A stretch of 64,000 nt of DNA from assembly GCA_049322915.1 (NCBI GenBank), contig JBMOPW010000034.1:288001-352000 (forward strand), read 5' to 3'. Position 1 is the stretch's first letter. Every line of letters begins with the position of its first letter. The position numbers and the translations under genes were made by a program. Shown piece by piece: positions 1 to 13,514 of this stretch. Under the pieces are notes generated by a model. It was not told the DNA's origin, searched no databases, and saw nothing but the letters and a program-made list of their open reading frames with translations. The DNA comes from Candidatus Zhuqueibacterota bacterium. Its GTDB lineage: Bacteria; Zhuqueibacterota; Zhuqueibacteria; Thermofontimicrobiales; Thermofontimicrobiaceae.

Positions 1-1331
1 ATAGGCCTTCGAGAGTCTTCTTTCAAGATGATGTCGCGAATTTTGTTTTTCACCTCTTTGTTGGACACGTCTTCCCCATCGTCCCGCTTGATCTTTTCGC
101 TGAAAAAATGTTTCAATTCAAATACGCCGTAATCGGTCTGCACGTATTTCCCATTCGTAACGCGGCTGACCGTTGAAATGTCCATTCCAATATCTTCCGC
201 AATATCTTTCAAAATCATCGGCCTGATAAATGTGGGTCCATTCTCGAAAAACTCGCGCTGCTTTTGAATGATGGTTTCGACAACGCGGGTGATGGTGACG
301 CGCCGCTGGTGGATGGAATTGATCAACCACCGCGCGGATTCCAATCGATTTTTAATATACTCTTTGGTTTTCTTCGGGGTCTTCTTCTTGTCCAGCAGCA
401 ACTTCCGGTAGCTGTTGTTGATGCGGAGATGCGGGATATTCCAGTCGTTCAACACGACATTGAAATCGTCGCCATCCTTTTCCACAATCACATCCGGCGT
501 GATACTGTTATCATAAATATTTAAATAGCCTTCCCCCGGCTTGGGATTCAAGTGGGTGATAATGGTGAGCACCTCTTTGAAGTCATCGATGCTGACGCCC
601 ATCTTTTTGGCAATTTTCTCGAACCGTTTATTTTTGAAATCTTCAAAATGATCTTCGATGACAGAAATGGCCAGCGGATGCGGCGACGGCAACTCCTGGA
701 GTTGAATGAGCAGGCACTCCTGCAAATCCCTGGCCCCAATGCCAACCGGCTCGAACCGCTGGATAACGTTGAGCACCTTTTCCACTTCCTCAATCGGGAC
801 GTCCAGATTGGTCGCGATCACTTCCAGCGCGCAGGTGAGGTAACCCACTTCATTGATATTCCAGATGATGTATTCGCCAATCACAACTTCCTTCTCGGAA
901 AAATCGGTCATGTGAAGCTGAACGAGCAGGTGTTCGGGCAGCGTTGTTTGATTGACTTCGGGTCGTTCGAATGTCTCCGCACTATCATCTTTCGGCGCAC
1001 GGATTTCATAATGATTTTCATCATTGAGAATGGTGTCCCAGTCGATTTCATCTTCATTCTCCTCTTTGAAAGATTCCTCCTCGGCCTCTCCATTTTCACT
1101 GTCTTGCTCCCCTTTGTCCTCCGCTTCCTCCAGCTTCATCTCCTCTTCCGTTTCCTGTTCCAACTCCTGCTCCATTTCAAAGTCTTCTTCAAGAAGCGGA
1201 TTCTGTTCCAATTCTAATTTGATTTTTTGCTCAAGGCTTAGAATTGGAAGCTGAAGCAATGTCGACAAAAGAACCTGTTGGGGCGATTGTTTCATGTAAA
1301 GCCCCATGCGCTGAGAAAGGTTGACGTTCAT
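1..1331 (-). CDS. rpoN: RNA polymerase sigma-54 factor, 3' end truncated by the window edge
   Basis: Manual translation from ATG at 1331: MNVNLSQRMGLYMKQSPQQVLLSTLLQLPILSLEQKIKLELEQNPLLE (sigma-54 region I), later ISTVSRVTNGKYVQTDYGVFELKHFF. Lies directly downstream of lptB, the usual synteny. Not in the ORF track because it has no stop in the window. Confidence 0.95.
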   Translation of the reverse strand, partial: MNVNLSQRMGLYMKQSPQQVLLSTLLQLPILSLEQKIKLELEQNPLLEEDFEMEQELEQETEEEMKLEEAEDKGEQDSENGEAEEESFKEENEDEIDWDTILNDENHYEIRAPKDDSAETFERPEVNQTTLPEHLLVQLHMTDFSEKEVVIGEYIIWNINEVGYLTCALEVIATNLDVPIEEVEKVLNVIQRFEPVGIGARDLQECLLIQLQELPSPHPLAISVIEDHFEDFKNKRFEKIAKKMGVSIDDFKEVLTIITHLNPKPGEGYLNIYDNSITPDVIVEKDGDDFNVVLNDWNIPHLRINNSYRKLLLDKKKTPKKTKEYIKNRLESARWLINSIHQRRVTITRVVETIIQKQREFFENGPTFIRPMILKDIAEDIGMDISTVSRVTNGKYVQTDYGVFELKHFFSEKIKRDDGEDVSNKEVKNKIRDIILKEDSRRP

Positions 1332-1413
1332 TGTAACCCGTTCCTATTTTAATCACAGAAAATTAAAGGGTTTCGCACAACTATTTAAATTTTTTCCTCG
1401 CACCCCGGGCAAA

Positions 1414-2145
1414 TCACCGACCCAGTCGGAAATTCTCGCCGAGATACAATCTGCGTGTTTCTGTATCCTCCGCCAAAAACTCAGAACTGCCTGATTTTAA
1501 CACCACCCCCTCGTACAGCAAATACGCGCGATGGGTGATAGACAGAGTTTCGTGCACATTATGGTCTGTGATGAGAATGCCAATACCTCTGTCCACCAGT
1601 CCCCGGACGATATTTTGAATGTCTTCCACAGCAATCGGATCGATCCCGGCAAACGGCTCATCCAGCAAGACGAAGCTGGGATTGGTCGCCAGCGCGCGCG
1701 TAATTTCAACGCGGCGCCGCTCTCCGCCGGATAACGTGTAGGCCTTGTTCCTGGCCAGATGCGAAATGTCCAGATCGGCCAACAGGCGCTTCAGACGTTC
1801 TTTTCGCTCTGTCCGGCTCAGGGACATCGTTTCCAGAATGGCCAGCACATTTTCTTCGACCGTCAATTTCCTGAAGATCGACGCTTCCTGGGCAAGATAG
1901 CCAATGCCCATGCGCGCGCGCCGGTACATGGGCAGATTGGTAATTTCCTGCCCATCCAGGAAAATGCTGCCGCGGTCCGGACGAATCATGCCGGTGATCA
2001 TATAAAAGCTCGTCGTTTTTCCAGCGCCATTTGGCCCTAACAGCCCGACGATTTCCCCCTGGTTCACTTCAAGACAAACATCATTGACAACGGTTCGTTT
2101 ATTATAAATTTTTACAAGTTTTTCGGCGCGTAATTTCTGTCCCAT
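1414..2145 (-). CDS. lptB: LPS export ABC transporter ATP-binding protein
   Basis: [50 protein letters not shown]; located between lptA-like and rpoN. Confidence 0.96.
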   Translation of the reverse strand: MGQKLRAEKLVKIYNKRTVVNDVCLEVNQGEIVGLLGPNGAGKTTSFYMITGMIRPDRGSIFLDGQEITNLPMYRRARMGIGYLAQEASIFRKLTVEENVLAILETMSLSRTERKERLKRLLADLDISHLARNKAYTLSGGERRRVEITRALATNPSFVLLDEPFAGIDPIAVEDIQNIVRGLVDRGIGILITDHNVHETLSITHRAYLLYEGVVLKSGSSEFLAEDTETRRLYLGENFRLGR

Positions 2146-2149
2146 GTAT

Positions 2150-3265
2150 TTAAAAATCCTCTCCTGGCGGCACTTTTCCGACCGGGTAAAAGATGCCGGA
2201 CGATAGCTGGGGATTGCTTTCGATGATGATTTTGATGATCTCCCGGTCGCGGAAAAACATGGTGATTTTATCCCCGATTATTTTGTTCAATCCTTTTTCA
2301 TCGTTATCCTCGAACACGTGATAATAACTGGTCGCCTGCTTTTCCACGATCGCCTGCTGAAGCTGCTCATCTTCGAAAAACATAGTGATCACCTGACCGG
2401 TGAGCTTGTTCAACTGTCGGGCAGATTTTTGTTGCGTCGTGTCGACCACTGACGTGACCATGGCGCGGTTCTTCACGATGGCCTTCACCAGCGCCCTGTC
2501 TTTGATAAAAAGATGAATCAAATCGCCGCTCAAAAAATCGCCGCCCTGAGTGACTGTCGGATTTTTATCCAGTAAGATTTCATTCGTCCTGCGATAATAT
2601 TCCGCCTTGCCGCAGGTGGAAACAGCCTTCTTGTGGGTGATGGTCACGCTGTCCGAGACCACCGCCTTTTCCCCCCTTTCGAACATCTCCATGATCGAGC
2701 TGGTGATGCGAAATTCTTCCGCACCGGTGCTGTCTTTCTTAATCAGTATCGGCTCGCCGGTCACTTTTGCATAGTCCCGGACATTATCTATTTCTGCACG
2801 CTGCCCATAAATGGTGAAATTGTTCTTGAAATCAGTCATCACCACCTGGCTGTCGGCCATCACCTGATCTTCATTTTTGAAATAGGTGATGCGCGCCGCC
2901 GTCACCTGATTGGTGGAATCCTTGAGCTGGACGCGCCCCACAGCGCGATACATCTTCGTTGCGATGAAATAATAGACTATGTCGGCCAGCATCTCTTTGG
3001 ATGCGTCGTAAATCCGCACATCCCGTTCGATGATCACTTCATCGGTATCGACCCACCATTTCACCCGCTGGCAATACATTTCCGCGCTGCCCTGGCGCAG
3101 ATGCACGTTGCCGACCAATTCCCGCAGCAACCCGCCCTGCGCGTTTTTTTGCCGCAAGCTGTCGTAACTGACCAGCTCCAGTTTCTCCGCGCTATTGGCC
3201 TGTGCAACCGCCAGCGCCGGTGAAAACAATATAAGCAATGCGATGGTTAAAATCCAGTATTTCAT
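2150..3265 (-). CDS. LptA/OstA-like periplasmic LPS transport protein (long, multi beta-jellyroll)
   Basis: Signal peptide; GNVHLRQG and repeated G(D/Q)xIxMFF beta-jellyroll motifs; position between lptC and lptB. Confidence 0.8.
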   Translation of the reverse strand: MKYWILTIALLILFSPALAVAQANSAEKLELVSYDSLRQKNAQGGLLRELVGNVHLRQGSAEMYCQRVKWWVDTDEVIIERDVRIYDASKEMLADIVYYFIATKMYRAVGRVQLKDSTNQVTAARITYFKNEDQVMADSQVVMTDFKNNFTIYGQRAEIDNVRDYAKVTGEPILIKKDSTGAEEFRITSSIMEMFERGEKAVVSDSVTITHKKAVSTCGKAEYYRRTNEILLDKNPTVTQGGDFLSGDLIHLFIKDRALVKAIVKNRAMVTSVVDTTQQKSARQLNKLTGQVITMFFEDEQLQQAIVEKQATSYYHVFEDNDEKGLNKIIGDKITMFFRDREIIKIIIESNPQLSSGIFYPVGKVPPGEDF

Positions 3266-3279
3266 TTCACGGCGTATGT

Positions 3280-3930
3280 TTATTTTTTAGACTGCGAAGG
3301 ACTCGCTGTGGAATCCGCGACCAGACTATCCGGCGAATGCTTCTTGTTCTTCAGTTCAATTTCCAGGTCCAGACCGCGACTCAGTCGGCCGCGCCCTTCG
3401 GTGATGACCCAGTTCTCGAGATTTTGATCCGACTCGAAACCGGTGCCATTGATGGTATCGTTTTCGGCGGTGGTGATGGTGACAAATTCATCGGAGACAA
3501 TTTTCGCCAACCGATTGTCCCACCAGATGCGCTCGGTTGTCAGTGTGATTCCGGTGTCGGACACGACATAGACATTGCCGAACGCTTCGATATTGTTGGT
3601 CGCTTCATCCAGCCGGCCTTTTTCGGACGTCAGTTTGGATGTGTGTGCGCCTTTTTCATTGAAAAAATCAACGACTACGTTCTGATCAAATTCCACGATC
3701 TTCTTCTTTTCGAACCGCTGCATGTGGCCGTAATGAATCACCGCAGTCACCACACCATTCTGCGTCGATGTGACTGTGGAATTCCAGCCTTCCTGATCCG
3801 GAAAAATGAGCTCTTCGAAATTGGCGACCGCGCCCGTATCGCGGCTGTCGCACCGGACCAAAATACCAATGCACAGGATGACTGTCAGTATCAAATGGCT
3901 CAAATAAACGTGTGGACTGTTTCGTTTCAT
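3280..3930 (-). CDS. lptC: LPS export protein LptC
   Basis: N-terminal membrane anchor, IEAFGNVYV, LTTERIWWD, INGTGFESDQ; synteny. Start at ATG 3930 is preferred over the ORF-track start at 3999 but is uncertain. Confidence 0.85.
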   Translation of the reverse strand: MKRNSPHVYLSHLILTVILCIGILVRCDSRDTGAVANFEELIFPDQEGWNSTVTSTQNGVVTAVIHYGHMQRFEKKKIVEFDQNVVVDFFNEKGAHTSKLTSEKGRLDEATNNIEAFGNVYVVSDTGITLTTERIWWDNRLAKIVSDEFVTITTAENDTINGTGFESDQNLENWVITEGRGRLSRGLDLEIELKNKKHSPDSLVADSTASPSQSKK

Positions 3931-4008
3931 ATCCCGACTGATATTAAAAATATTTTTTTTTGAAACGTGCCTGTTTGAAATCAGGGTCGTCCCATGCACG
4001 GAGTGGGC

Positions 4009-4926
4009 TTATTCCTCTGGCGGCCGCGTTTTCCAGCGTTCGTGCATCCAGACCCATTGCGTGGGATGTTCCCGAATGAACTGCTCCAACGCATCGGAAC
4101 AACGCTGGGTATTTAGTATCCGATCTTGTTCCATATTGCCACTGATTTCCAGCGCTATCTCGTCGCGTATTTCGATGACGTGCTGTCCTTTTTCATTGAC
4201 ATGCACGGCCATCGGCACAATGACGGCTTTGGTCTTCATCGCCAACATCACAGGGCCGACCGGCGTGTAGGCTTTTCGTCCCATGAAATCCACAAAAACG
4301 CCATCCACCCGCGTTGTATCCTGATCGATGAGAAGTCCCACAATTTCATTGCGGCGCAGCGCCCGGAGTATCTCGCGCGTGGCAGCGCCCCGTTCAATAT
4401 AGTTCAATCCGGAATTTTGTCGATTGCCCACCACCAGCGCATCCAGCCGCGGGTCATAAATGGTCGCGCCGACCACATTCACCCGATAGCCTTTCATGGC
4501 TAGAAATGCGCCCATGAGTTCCCAGTTGCCGATGTGACCGGTCAGCGCAATGACGCCTCTGCCCTTTTTCAGCGCCGCGTCTAAAATGTGCAGGCCGTTG
4601 GCTTTGGTGATGAGGTCGATATTGCCGCTGTTGTATCGAGCTAACCGAAACGCATCAGCCATATTGCGGCCCAGATTCGCGAAGACATCGCGCGCCATCT
4701 GTTTAATTTCCAAAGGCGTTTTCACGACGCCGTACACCTGGGTCAAATGGCGAATGGTTTTATTGCGTTCGCTGCGAACGAGATAATAGCCCAGCCGCGC
4801 CATGTTTTCCAGGAATTTCATGGCCGTCGACCGCTGGACATTGTTGATCCACATCAGCCCGCTTTTCACAACGACATAGATCAGCCAGTTTTTTATCCGT
4901 TTCCGAATGCGCTTCTTTTTGCTCAC
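4009..4926 (-). CDS. Lipid A biosynthesis lauroyl/myristoyl acyltransferase (LpxL/HtrB family)
   Basis: LTGHIGNWEL, LLIDQ, VDFMG, IREHPTQWVWMHERWK motifs. Confidence 0.9.
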   Translation of the reverse strand: MSKKKRIRKRIKNWLIYVVVKSGLMWINNVQRSTAMKFLENMARLGYYLVRSERNKTIRHLTQVYGVVKTPLEIKQMARDVFANLGRNMADAFRLARYNSGNIDLITKANGLHILDAALKKGRGVIALTGHIGNWELMGAFLAMKGYRVNVVGATIYDPRLDALVVGNRQNSGLNYIERGAATREILRALRRNEIVGLLIDQDTTRVDGVFVDFMGRKAYTPVGPVMLAMKTKAVIVPMAVHVNEKGQHVIEIRDEIALEISGNMEQDRILNTQRCSDALEQFIREHPTQWVWMHERWKTRPPEE

Positions 4927-5912
4927 AAAATCCCCGCCTCCAGAACATCGTGAATGTGCACAATGCCCACCGGCACATTGTCGTCGTTCACAATGATCAC
5001 CTGCATGATGCTATAATCTGTCATCAGTTTCAGGGCGTCGGCTGCCATTGTTCCCATTTTCACCGTTTTCGGATTTTCGCCCATCACTTCTCTGGCAGTC
5101 AGTTTCCAGACATCCGTCTTTTTCTCCACCAATCGCCGGATATCGCCGTCGGTGATGATGCCCAATAACCGATCATTCTCGTCCACCACGCACGCGGAAC
5201 CGAACCGTTTGTCCGTAATTTCAAAGATCACTTTATCGAGGGACAGATTCTCCGTGACTTTGGGAATCCGCTCGCCGGTGAACATAATCTCATCGATGAG
5301 CATGGTCAGTTTTTTGCCGAGGCTGCCGCCGGGATGAAGCATGGCGAAATCCTGGGCATTGAAATCGCGCCGCTCCAGCAGGGCCACTGCCAGCGCATCG
5401 CCCATCACCAGCGCCGCTGTAGTGCTGGAGGTTGGCGCCAGATTGAACGGGCAGGCCTCTTCGACGACACTGGCGTCCAGAATGATGTCGCTGCGCTCGG
5501 CAATGCGGGAACGCCTGTTGCCGGTGATGGTGATGATGGGGACGCCAATTCGCTTCAGGACAGGGACAATTTGAAAGAGCTCGCTCGTATCGCCGCTCTT
5601 GGAAATGCAAATCACAATGTCGTCTTTGTGGACAATTCCCAGATCACCGTGCAATCCCTCTGCCGGATGCAAAAAAATGGCGGACGTGCCGGTGCTTGTG
5701 AACGTGGCAGCGATTTTCCGGCCGATAATACCGGACTTACCCATGCCCGAAATGACCACGCGCCCCTTGCAGCGCGAGATGAGATCCACAGCCAGGGCAA
5801 AATTGACATCGATTTTCGTCTCGAGTTCACGAATGGCCAGAGCCTCTTTCGAAATAACCTCTTTACCGGTTTGAATAATCTTTTGAAATTCTTCCTGCAT
5901 GCTGTCTGTCAT
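4923..5912 (-). CDS. kdsD: Arabinose-5-phosphate isomerase, KpsF/GutQ family (SIS + 2 CBS)
   Basis: GMGKSGIIGRKIAAT, LHGDLG, EACPFNLAPTSSTT, HPGGSLG, C-terminal CBS pair (GIITDGD). Confidence 0.95.
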   Translation of the reverse strand: MTDSMQEEFQKIIQTGKEVISKEALAIRELETKIDVNFALAVDLISRCKGRVVISGMGKSGIIGRKIAATFTSTGTSAIFLHPAEGLHGDLGIVHKDDIVICISKSGDTSELFQIVPVLKRIGVPIITITGNRRSRIAERSDIILDASVVEEACPFNLAPTSSTTAALVMGDALAVALLERRDFNAQDFAMLHPGGSLGKKLTMLIDEIMFTGERIPKVTENLSLDKVIFEITDKRFGSACVVDENDRLLGIITDGDIRRLVEKKTDVWKLTAREVMGENPKTVKMGTMAADALKLMTDYSIMQVIIVNDDNVPVGIVHIHDVLEAGIL

Positions 5913-6006
5913 TTTCTAAACCTGCTCCGTAAGTCCCGGGGAATAGCCCTCGTCGTACCTGGCCATTTTTCAGTTCATTTCATGGAGTCAATTAAAACGT
6001 GTCTCG

Positions 6007-6681
6007 CTATCGGGGTAGCGCCTTTTTGGGAACAGGCACGGTTCCTTCGATGAAGACCGCCACGGAATCGACTCCAAAATTGCCTTCATTCTCTGCATCA
6101 TACGCCATGGCTTTGAGGACCTTCCCGCCTGCCAGTCCCGTGACCTCCCACTGGGTGAATTCGAATGGCTTTTGCGTGTCCGAGAACAACAGCGTCGCTC
6201 CATCCATAAAAAAGTCGACGCGGGAGATCGGCCAATCAAACACCACCTCGGCTTTGATGGCGCGAAAACCAAGCCCGGGAATAATTTCGTTCTCCACCGG
6301 CTGAGTGATGGTCACAATCGGCGATTCATTGCCGCGCACATTGACATAAATTTCTCCTGTGACCTTGCCGCCGTTCTCGTCTTGGACTTTCACTTCAAGC
6401 CTGAATCGGTCGGAATAATCAGGCGCAATCCATTTCACCTCTTCTCCTGTGGCTGAAATGAACTGCCCTTTCGAATTGCTGGTCCAGTGAAACGATAGTT
6501 TATCCTCATCAGGATCCTCAGCCTCCACGCGAAGCGTGGTTGTATCCAATGTCCCGATCTGAACAGGGTCCGCGGCGATGCTGTTGATGATGGGATTTTT
6601 ATTGGCCAGTTTTTCCACCACGCCGCAATACATCAACCCGGCAAAAGAAGCGAAGAATAAAATCAAACCTATTTTTTTCAC
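6007..6681 (-). CDS. Probable lipoprotein with Ig-like/PKD-like domains
   Basis: Signal peptide with Cys (LMYC); AEDPDEDKLSFHW and PIVTITQP...RVDFFMDG motifs typical of Ig-like domains. GTG start. Confidence 0.6.
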   Translation of the reverse strand: MKKIGLILFFASFAGLMYCGVVEKLANKNPIINSIAADPVQIGTLDTTTLRVEAEDPDEDKLSFHWTSNSKGQFISATGEEVKWIAPDYSDRFRLEVKVQDENGGKVTGEIYVNVRGNESPIVTITQPVENEIIPGLGFRAIKAEVVFDWPISRVDFFMDGATLLFSDTQKPFEFTQWEVTGLAGGKVLKAMAYDAENEGNFGVDSVAVFIEGTVPVPKKALPR

Positions 6682-6696
6682 ACGTGCCTTCCCTGC

Positions 6697-7467
6697 TTAA
6701 AATTGTGCCACCTGGTAAATTTCTCGCCCGGAACTGTTTTGATCCTGCAGGAATACAACGACTTTCATGCGCTCCATCGTGTCGTTCGCTGACATGGCTG
6801 CGGAGAAGCTGAAATTTTTCACCTGACCGGAATCGAAACGACTGATGATCTGTCGCGGGAGAATTTTTTTCACCAGGAACCGCTGTCCCGACGTCCCGCG
6901 ATTTTCATAAACGACCGCATTCACCGAAAGATCGCTCTTGTCGGAATTGCCCAGCCGGGCAATGGTGACGTCCAGATTGATGACATTGCCCGCTATTTTC
7001 TTCTCGGCCTCAATGAGGAAATAGCCGGTATCGCCCAAAAGTTGATCCACTGCGGCGGCGTAGCGATTGTAGATATTCTCCTCGGATGCGCCCTGAACGC
7101 GCAGGCCAGTCCCATTGAAAAAAGCATCCGGAATTCCCCGTTCATTGGTTGAGGGAATGTATTCGTGATAACGCTGGTTCGTCTCGTTCAATGAGAGCGG
7201 GTCGTTCCAGCCGGACTTTGTCACGTGATATTCCAGCGTGATTATTTTCCCTTCATTTTCTTCGCGCAGACTAATTTCCTCCATCGCCTCCACGGCATAT
7301 TCGCAGTAGTCATAGCCGGTGCTGTCATTGACGAACATTTCCACCAGAATTGCCCGTTCGGTAAAGCTCTGCGGATTCAGGGGATCGAGCAGGTTGTCCC
7401 GCTCCAGATCTGCGCATGAAACAACGTACACCAGTGGCAAGAGCATCAAAAAAAATAGCTGTTTCAC
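6697..7467 (-). CDS. Lipoprotein, Omp28-related (thioredoxin-like N-terminal part plus Ig-like part)
   Basis: Lipobox VVSC followed by ERDNLLDPLNP; ILVEMF...YC, LEYH, GIPDAFFNG, VVVFLQD...EIYQ resemble the Omp28 layout. Confidence 0.6.
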   Translation of the reverse strand: MKQLFFLMLLPLVYVVSCADLERDNLLDPLNPQSFTERAILVEMFVNDSTGYDYCEYAVEAMEEISLREENEGKIITLEYHVTKSGWNDPLSLNETNQRYHEYIPSTNERGIPDAFFNGTGLRVQGASEENIYNRYAAAVDQLLGDTGYFLIEAEKKIAGNVINLDVTIARLGNSDKSDLSVNAVVYENRGTSGQRFLVKKILPRQIISRFDSGQVKNFSFSAAMSANDTMERMKVVVFLQDQNSSGREIYQVAQF

Positions 7468-7476
7468 TTTTCCTCC

Positions 7477-8352
7477 CTAAAAATTTAGTCTCAGCGAAAC
7501 AAGACACCTGTCTCCGGTCGCTGCAAATCCCAGCGCAAGCTTTTGATCGAAGTTCGCGCCCGAAAGGAGCGCATACACTGTATTCTGCCGGCTTCGGTCG
7601 TTCTGCCAGAGGATGAATGTCGTTAGCGCGGCGCTGCCGGACAGAGCCAACAGCACATTTCTGGCCTTGTGATATGAATTGGCCTGGTTATAATAATCAT
7701 CGAACTGTCCGATGGCGCTGGCGTCGTGATACATGTCGTAATTATCCAGATAGCGTGCATGCAGCACAATCGTCGCGGCGGAGAGCACGGCCGTTGTTGC
7801 CAGCGCCCATTCCGGGAAATAGCGATGGATTTTCTGGCTCTCGCAATGACTGCCCTGGCCGGTGAGGTCGAAAATCAAATTATTGGCCAGCAGTTGCACC
7901 ATGGTCTCGACGCTCTCCTCGTTCCTCCCGTTGACCTTCTCCCCCATAATCTGGCCGCTGGTCACTTTGATCAAATGGGCATCGATGCGGAGACGGCCAT
8001 CCGATTCATTGATCTCGCCGGTGATGATGTATTTGGCGCCTGCCAGCCGTCCCACTTCCTGCGCCGTGGCGTTTTCAATGACGCCGGTCTGCCCCAGCGC
8101 CTGTTCGCGCAGTATGCTTTCAATTTTGCTCCGCTCAACGACTATCACTTCCTGATACTGGGACAGCTCGGTTTTCAGCATCTCAGGCACGGATTTTTCC
8201 AGACGATCATGTCGCATCGCAGACGTGTTATTTTTAAAATCCACAACGGCAACAGTGATTTGATCGTCTGCTTTGAGCGCTGTTGAAACAAGAACCAGGA
8301 TAAGAACAATGCCGAACATCCCGGCGATGTACTGTCGCATGCGAATTAGCAT
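7477..8352 (-). CDS. CsgG/HfaB-family domain protein with C-terminal hydrophobic segments
   Basis: Signal peptide; VAVVDF, VVERSKIESILREQALGQTG, AQEVGRLAGAKYIITG. Confidence 0.75.
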   Translation of the reverse strand: MLIRMRQYIAGMFGIVLILVLVSTALKADDQITVAVVDFKNNTSAMRHDRLEKSVPEMLKTELSQYQEVIVVERSKIESILREQALGQTGVIENATAQEVGRLAGAKYIITGEINESDGRLRIDAHLIKVTSGQIMGEKVNGRNEESVETMVQLLANNLIFDLTGQGSHCESQKIHRYFPEWALATTAVLSAATIVLHARYLDNYDMYHDASAIGQFDDYYNQANSYHKARNVLLALSGSAALTTFILWQNDRSRQNTVYALLSGANFDQKLALGFAATGDRCLVSLRLNF

Positions 8353-8373
8353 GGAGCCTTTCCTCTCCTCCGA

Positions 8374-8899
8374 TTAAATCGTATACGGTTGAATCACATC
8401 GTCCCAAAGCCCCTGACTTTTTAAAATCATTTCAACAACTTCCCGAACTGCGCCCTGGCCGCCGTGGCGAGTCGTCACGTATGCAGCAATTTGTTTCACT
8501 TCTTCACACGCATCAGCAACGGCCACGCCGACGCCGGCTTTTTTTATCAACGACCAGTCAGGCAAATCATCGCCCACATAACAGACCGCGTCGTCCGACG
8601 CCTGCAATTCCTCAAGAATTGTCTGATACGCGACCGACTTGTCTTTTGCGCCCTGATGCACGATTTCAATTCCCAATTCGGCGGCGCGCTGCGTCACCGC
8701 CTCCGAAGAACGCGACGTGATAATTCCGACATGGATGCCAGCCGCGCTGGCTAATCGAATGGCCAGCCCATCGTGAATGTTGAACACCTTCAACTCGGCG
8801 CCGCCGGAACCCAATATCACGCTGCCATCGGTCAGAACGCCGTCCACATCCAGCAGGAGCACTCTGACTTTTTGCAAGCGGACGGCCAATTGTGCGGCG

Positions 8900-8910
<11 letters not shown>
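8374..8910 (-). CDS. kdsC: KDO-8-phosphate phosphatase (HAD family)
   Basis: LLDVDGVLTDG, FNIHDG, YVGDDLPD, GGQGAVREV. Confidence 0.95.
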
Positions 8911-12137
<3,227 letters not shown>

Positions 12138-12149
12138 GTGTACGTTGAA

Positions 12150-12440
12150 TCATTTATTGATTACCCTGGGCACGGAAAAAAAACCATCTCGCGACGCCGG
12201 GGCATTTTGCAGGGCATGGTCCTGGGACAATGAGGCCGTTACCACATCTTCTCTGAACACATTTTTTATATCTAACACATGAGATGTCGGAGCTATCTGT
12301 TCCACATTCAATTCGTGCAACTGTTCAATATAGGTAGTTATCACCTGTAACTGACCTGCCAACTTCACTTTCTCATTTTCAGTGAAGTCAAGCCTGGCTA
12401 ATTTTGCCAATTTTTCTATCTCGTTCGGAGTAATATTCAT
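12150..12440 (-). CDS. gatC: Asp/Glu-tRNA amidotransferase subunit C
   Basis: 96 aa; KLAKLARL, NVFREDV, LQNAP...GFFSVPRVI. Confidence 0.93.
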   Translation of the reverse strand: MNITPNEIEKLAKLARLDFTENEKVKLAGQLQVITTYIEQLHELNVEQIAPTSHVLDIKNVFREDVVTASLSQDHALQNAPASRDGFFSVPRVINK

Positions 12441-12524
12441 ATAACCAGGTCAGAATTTCGATTGAATCAGGTTGATATATGAAAATAATTTTCTTACAGT
12501 AACATCGTTTTTTTTCTACGCCCT

Positions 12525-12553
12525 AATATAAAATATTTAATTGATTTTGTCAA
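12525..12553 (-). promoter_or_regulatory. Sigma-70-type promoter of the gatC-kds-lpt-rpoN operon
   Basis: Minus strand TTGACA (12553-12548), 17-bp spacer, TATATT (12530-12525), in AT-rich DNA ~85 bp upstream of gatC. Confidence 0.7.
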
Positions 12554-12615
12554 GCATAAACTTATATTAAATGGCATAGTTTTTGTACTAAATACAAAAT
12601 TGAAAAATCATTGAT

Positions 12616-13368
12616 TCACTTTTCAATGATGACTTCAATGGTACTGCCCTCTTCCCAACCATCCAATTCCCTGGCCAGTGATTCTACATTGTTCTGCAGG
12701 ATTTTCTGAACAAACGGCACGATGGAAATCCGCCTCCCGCCGATTTTCAGAATCACCCGCGATGTGTCAACGGTGCAATCCGCGCGCGACTTCCGGCCCT
12801 GGATAATCGCCTCGACCAGCTTCGGGCAGGTCAGTCCGCAGAGCGTGCAGCAGGCGTCATCCACGTAAGGCAGCATCGGGAACACTTTCCCGGCCACCAA
12901 CTCCCACAATTTCTGCGCCTGGTCTGCTTCCATGGGATTGAACACGGTGAGTCCCCGATACTCCTGGCGTTTGGTCCCCACAATCCCGGAGAAGGCGAAA
13001 GTCCGATTGTCGAAAAACGCATCCAGATCCGCCTCAGTAGCGCCACAAACGATTTTGGGCAGTGGAAAATCATCGAAGCCCTCCACCACGAGCCAGTCCG
13101 CATCGATTTTTTGGACGATCTCCATGAAATCCATTCGTTGATCGTAGAGGAAATCGGTCTCCTTTTCGCCGCGAGCGACCACAGGATTGGCGCCAGCAGC
13201 TTTGTGGATGAAGGAATTTTTATTCGGCTGATCGATCTGAAAACCTTCGAAATGGATCTGTTTAATGGAGGCGACTCGCTGCCCGCCTACCTTGATTCGG
13301 TGAATGAGTTCCTTGACCGTTGTCGTTTTTCCGGTATTGTGATACCCGCATACCTGGAATGCAAACAT
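12616..13368 (-). CDS. mobB: Molybdopterin-guanine dinucleotide biosynthesis protein B with C-terminal Cys-rich putative Fe-S domain
   Basis: GYHNTGKTT P-loop, VASIKQIH, DWLVVEGF, CCTLCGLTC...C. Start 13368 has a GGAG RBS; the ORF track extends to 13398. Confidence 0.85.
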   Translation of the reverse strand: MFAFQVCGYHNTGKTTTVKELIHRIKVGGQRVASIKQIHFEGFQIDQPNKNSFIHKAAGANPVVARGEKETDFLYDQRMDFMEIVQKIDADWLVVEGFDDFPLPKIVCGATEADLDAFFDNRTFAFSGIVGTKRQEYRGLTVFNPMEADQAQKLWELVAGKVFPMLPYVDDACCTLCGLTCPKLVEAIIQGRKSRADCTVDTSRVILKIGGRRISIVPFVQKILQNNVESLARELDGWEEGSTIEVIIEK

Positions 13369-13514
13369 GGCGTTTCTCCGTTTAAATTTTCGCTGCATGG
13401 GCGCCGGGGATCATTCTGCCCAAATCAATTCGCGGAAAAGACCTTCCTGCGAGCGCATTCTCCCGGTCACCCGCTTATTTTCAGTGCATAGTCTATGTTT
13501 TTCGTTCATTCCAA

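Noticed and set aside
264..1254. Plus-strand ORFs 264-524, 552-1217 and 1024-1254
   Set aside because: Antisense shadows of rpoN.
12572..12587. TGGCATAGTTTTTGTA resembling a sigma-54 -24/-12 promoter
   Set aside because: The -12 GC is broken (TTGT) and it points antisense into the end of mobB.
13368..13509. Short ORF (MNEKHRLC...WAE) ending in a TGA at 13411-13413 that is in frame with mobB, suggesting Sec read-through next to selC
   Set aside because: No convincing SECIS hairpin after the UGA, no redox-motif context, and mobB has its own RBS and a normal N-terminus at 13368.
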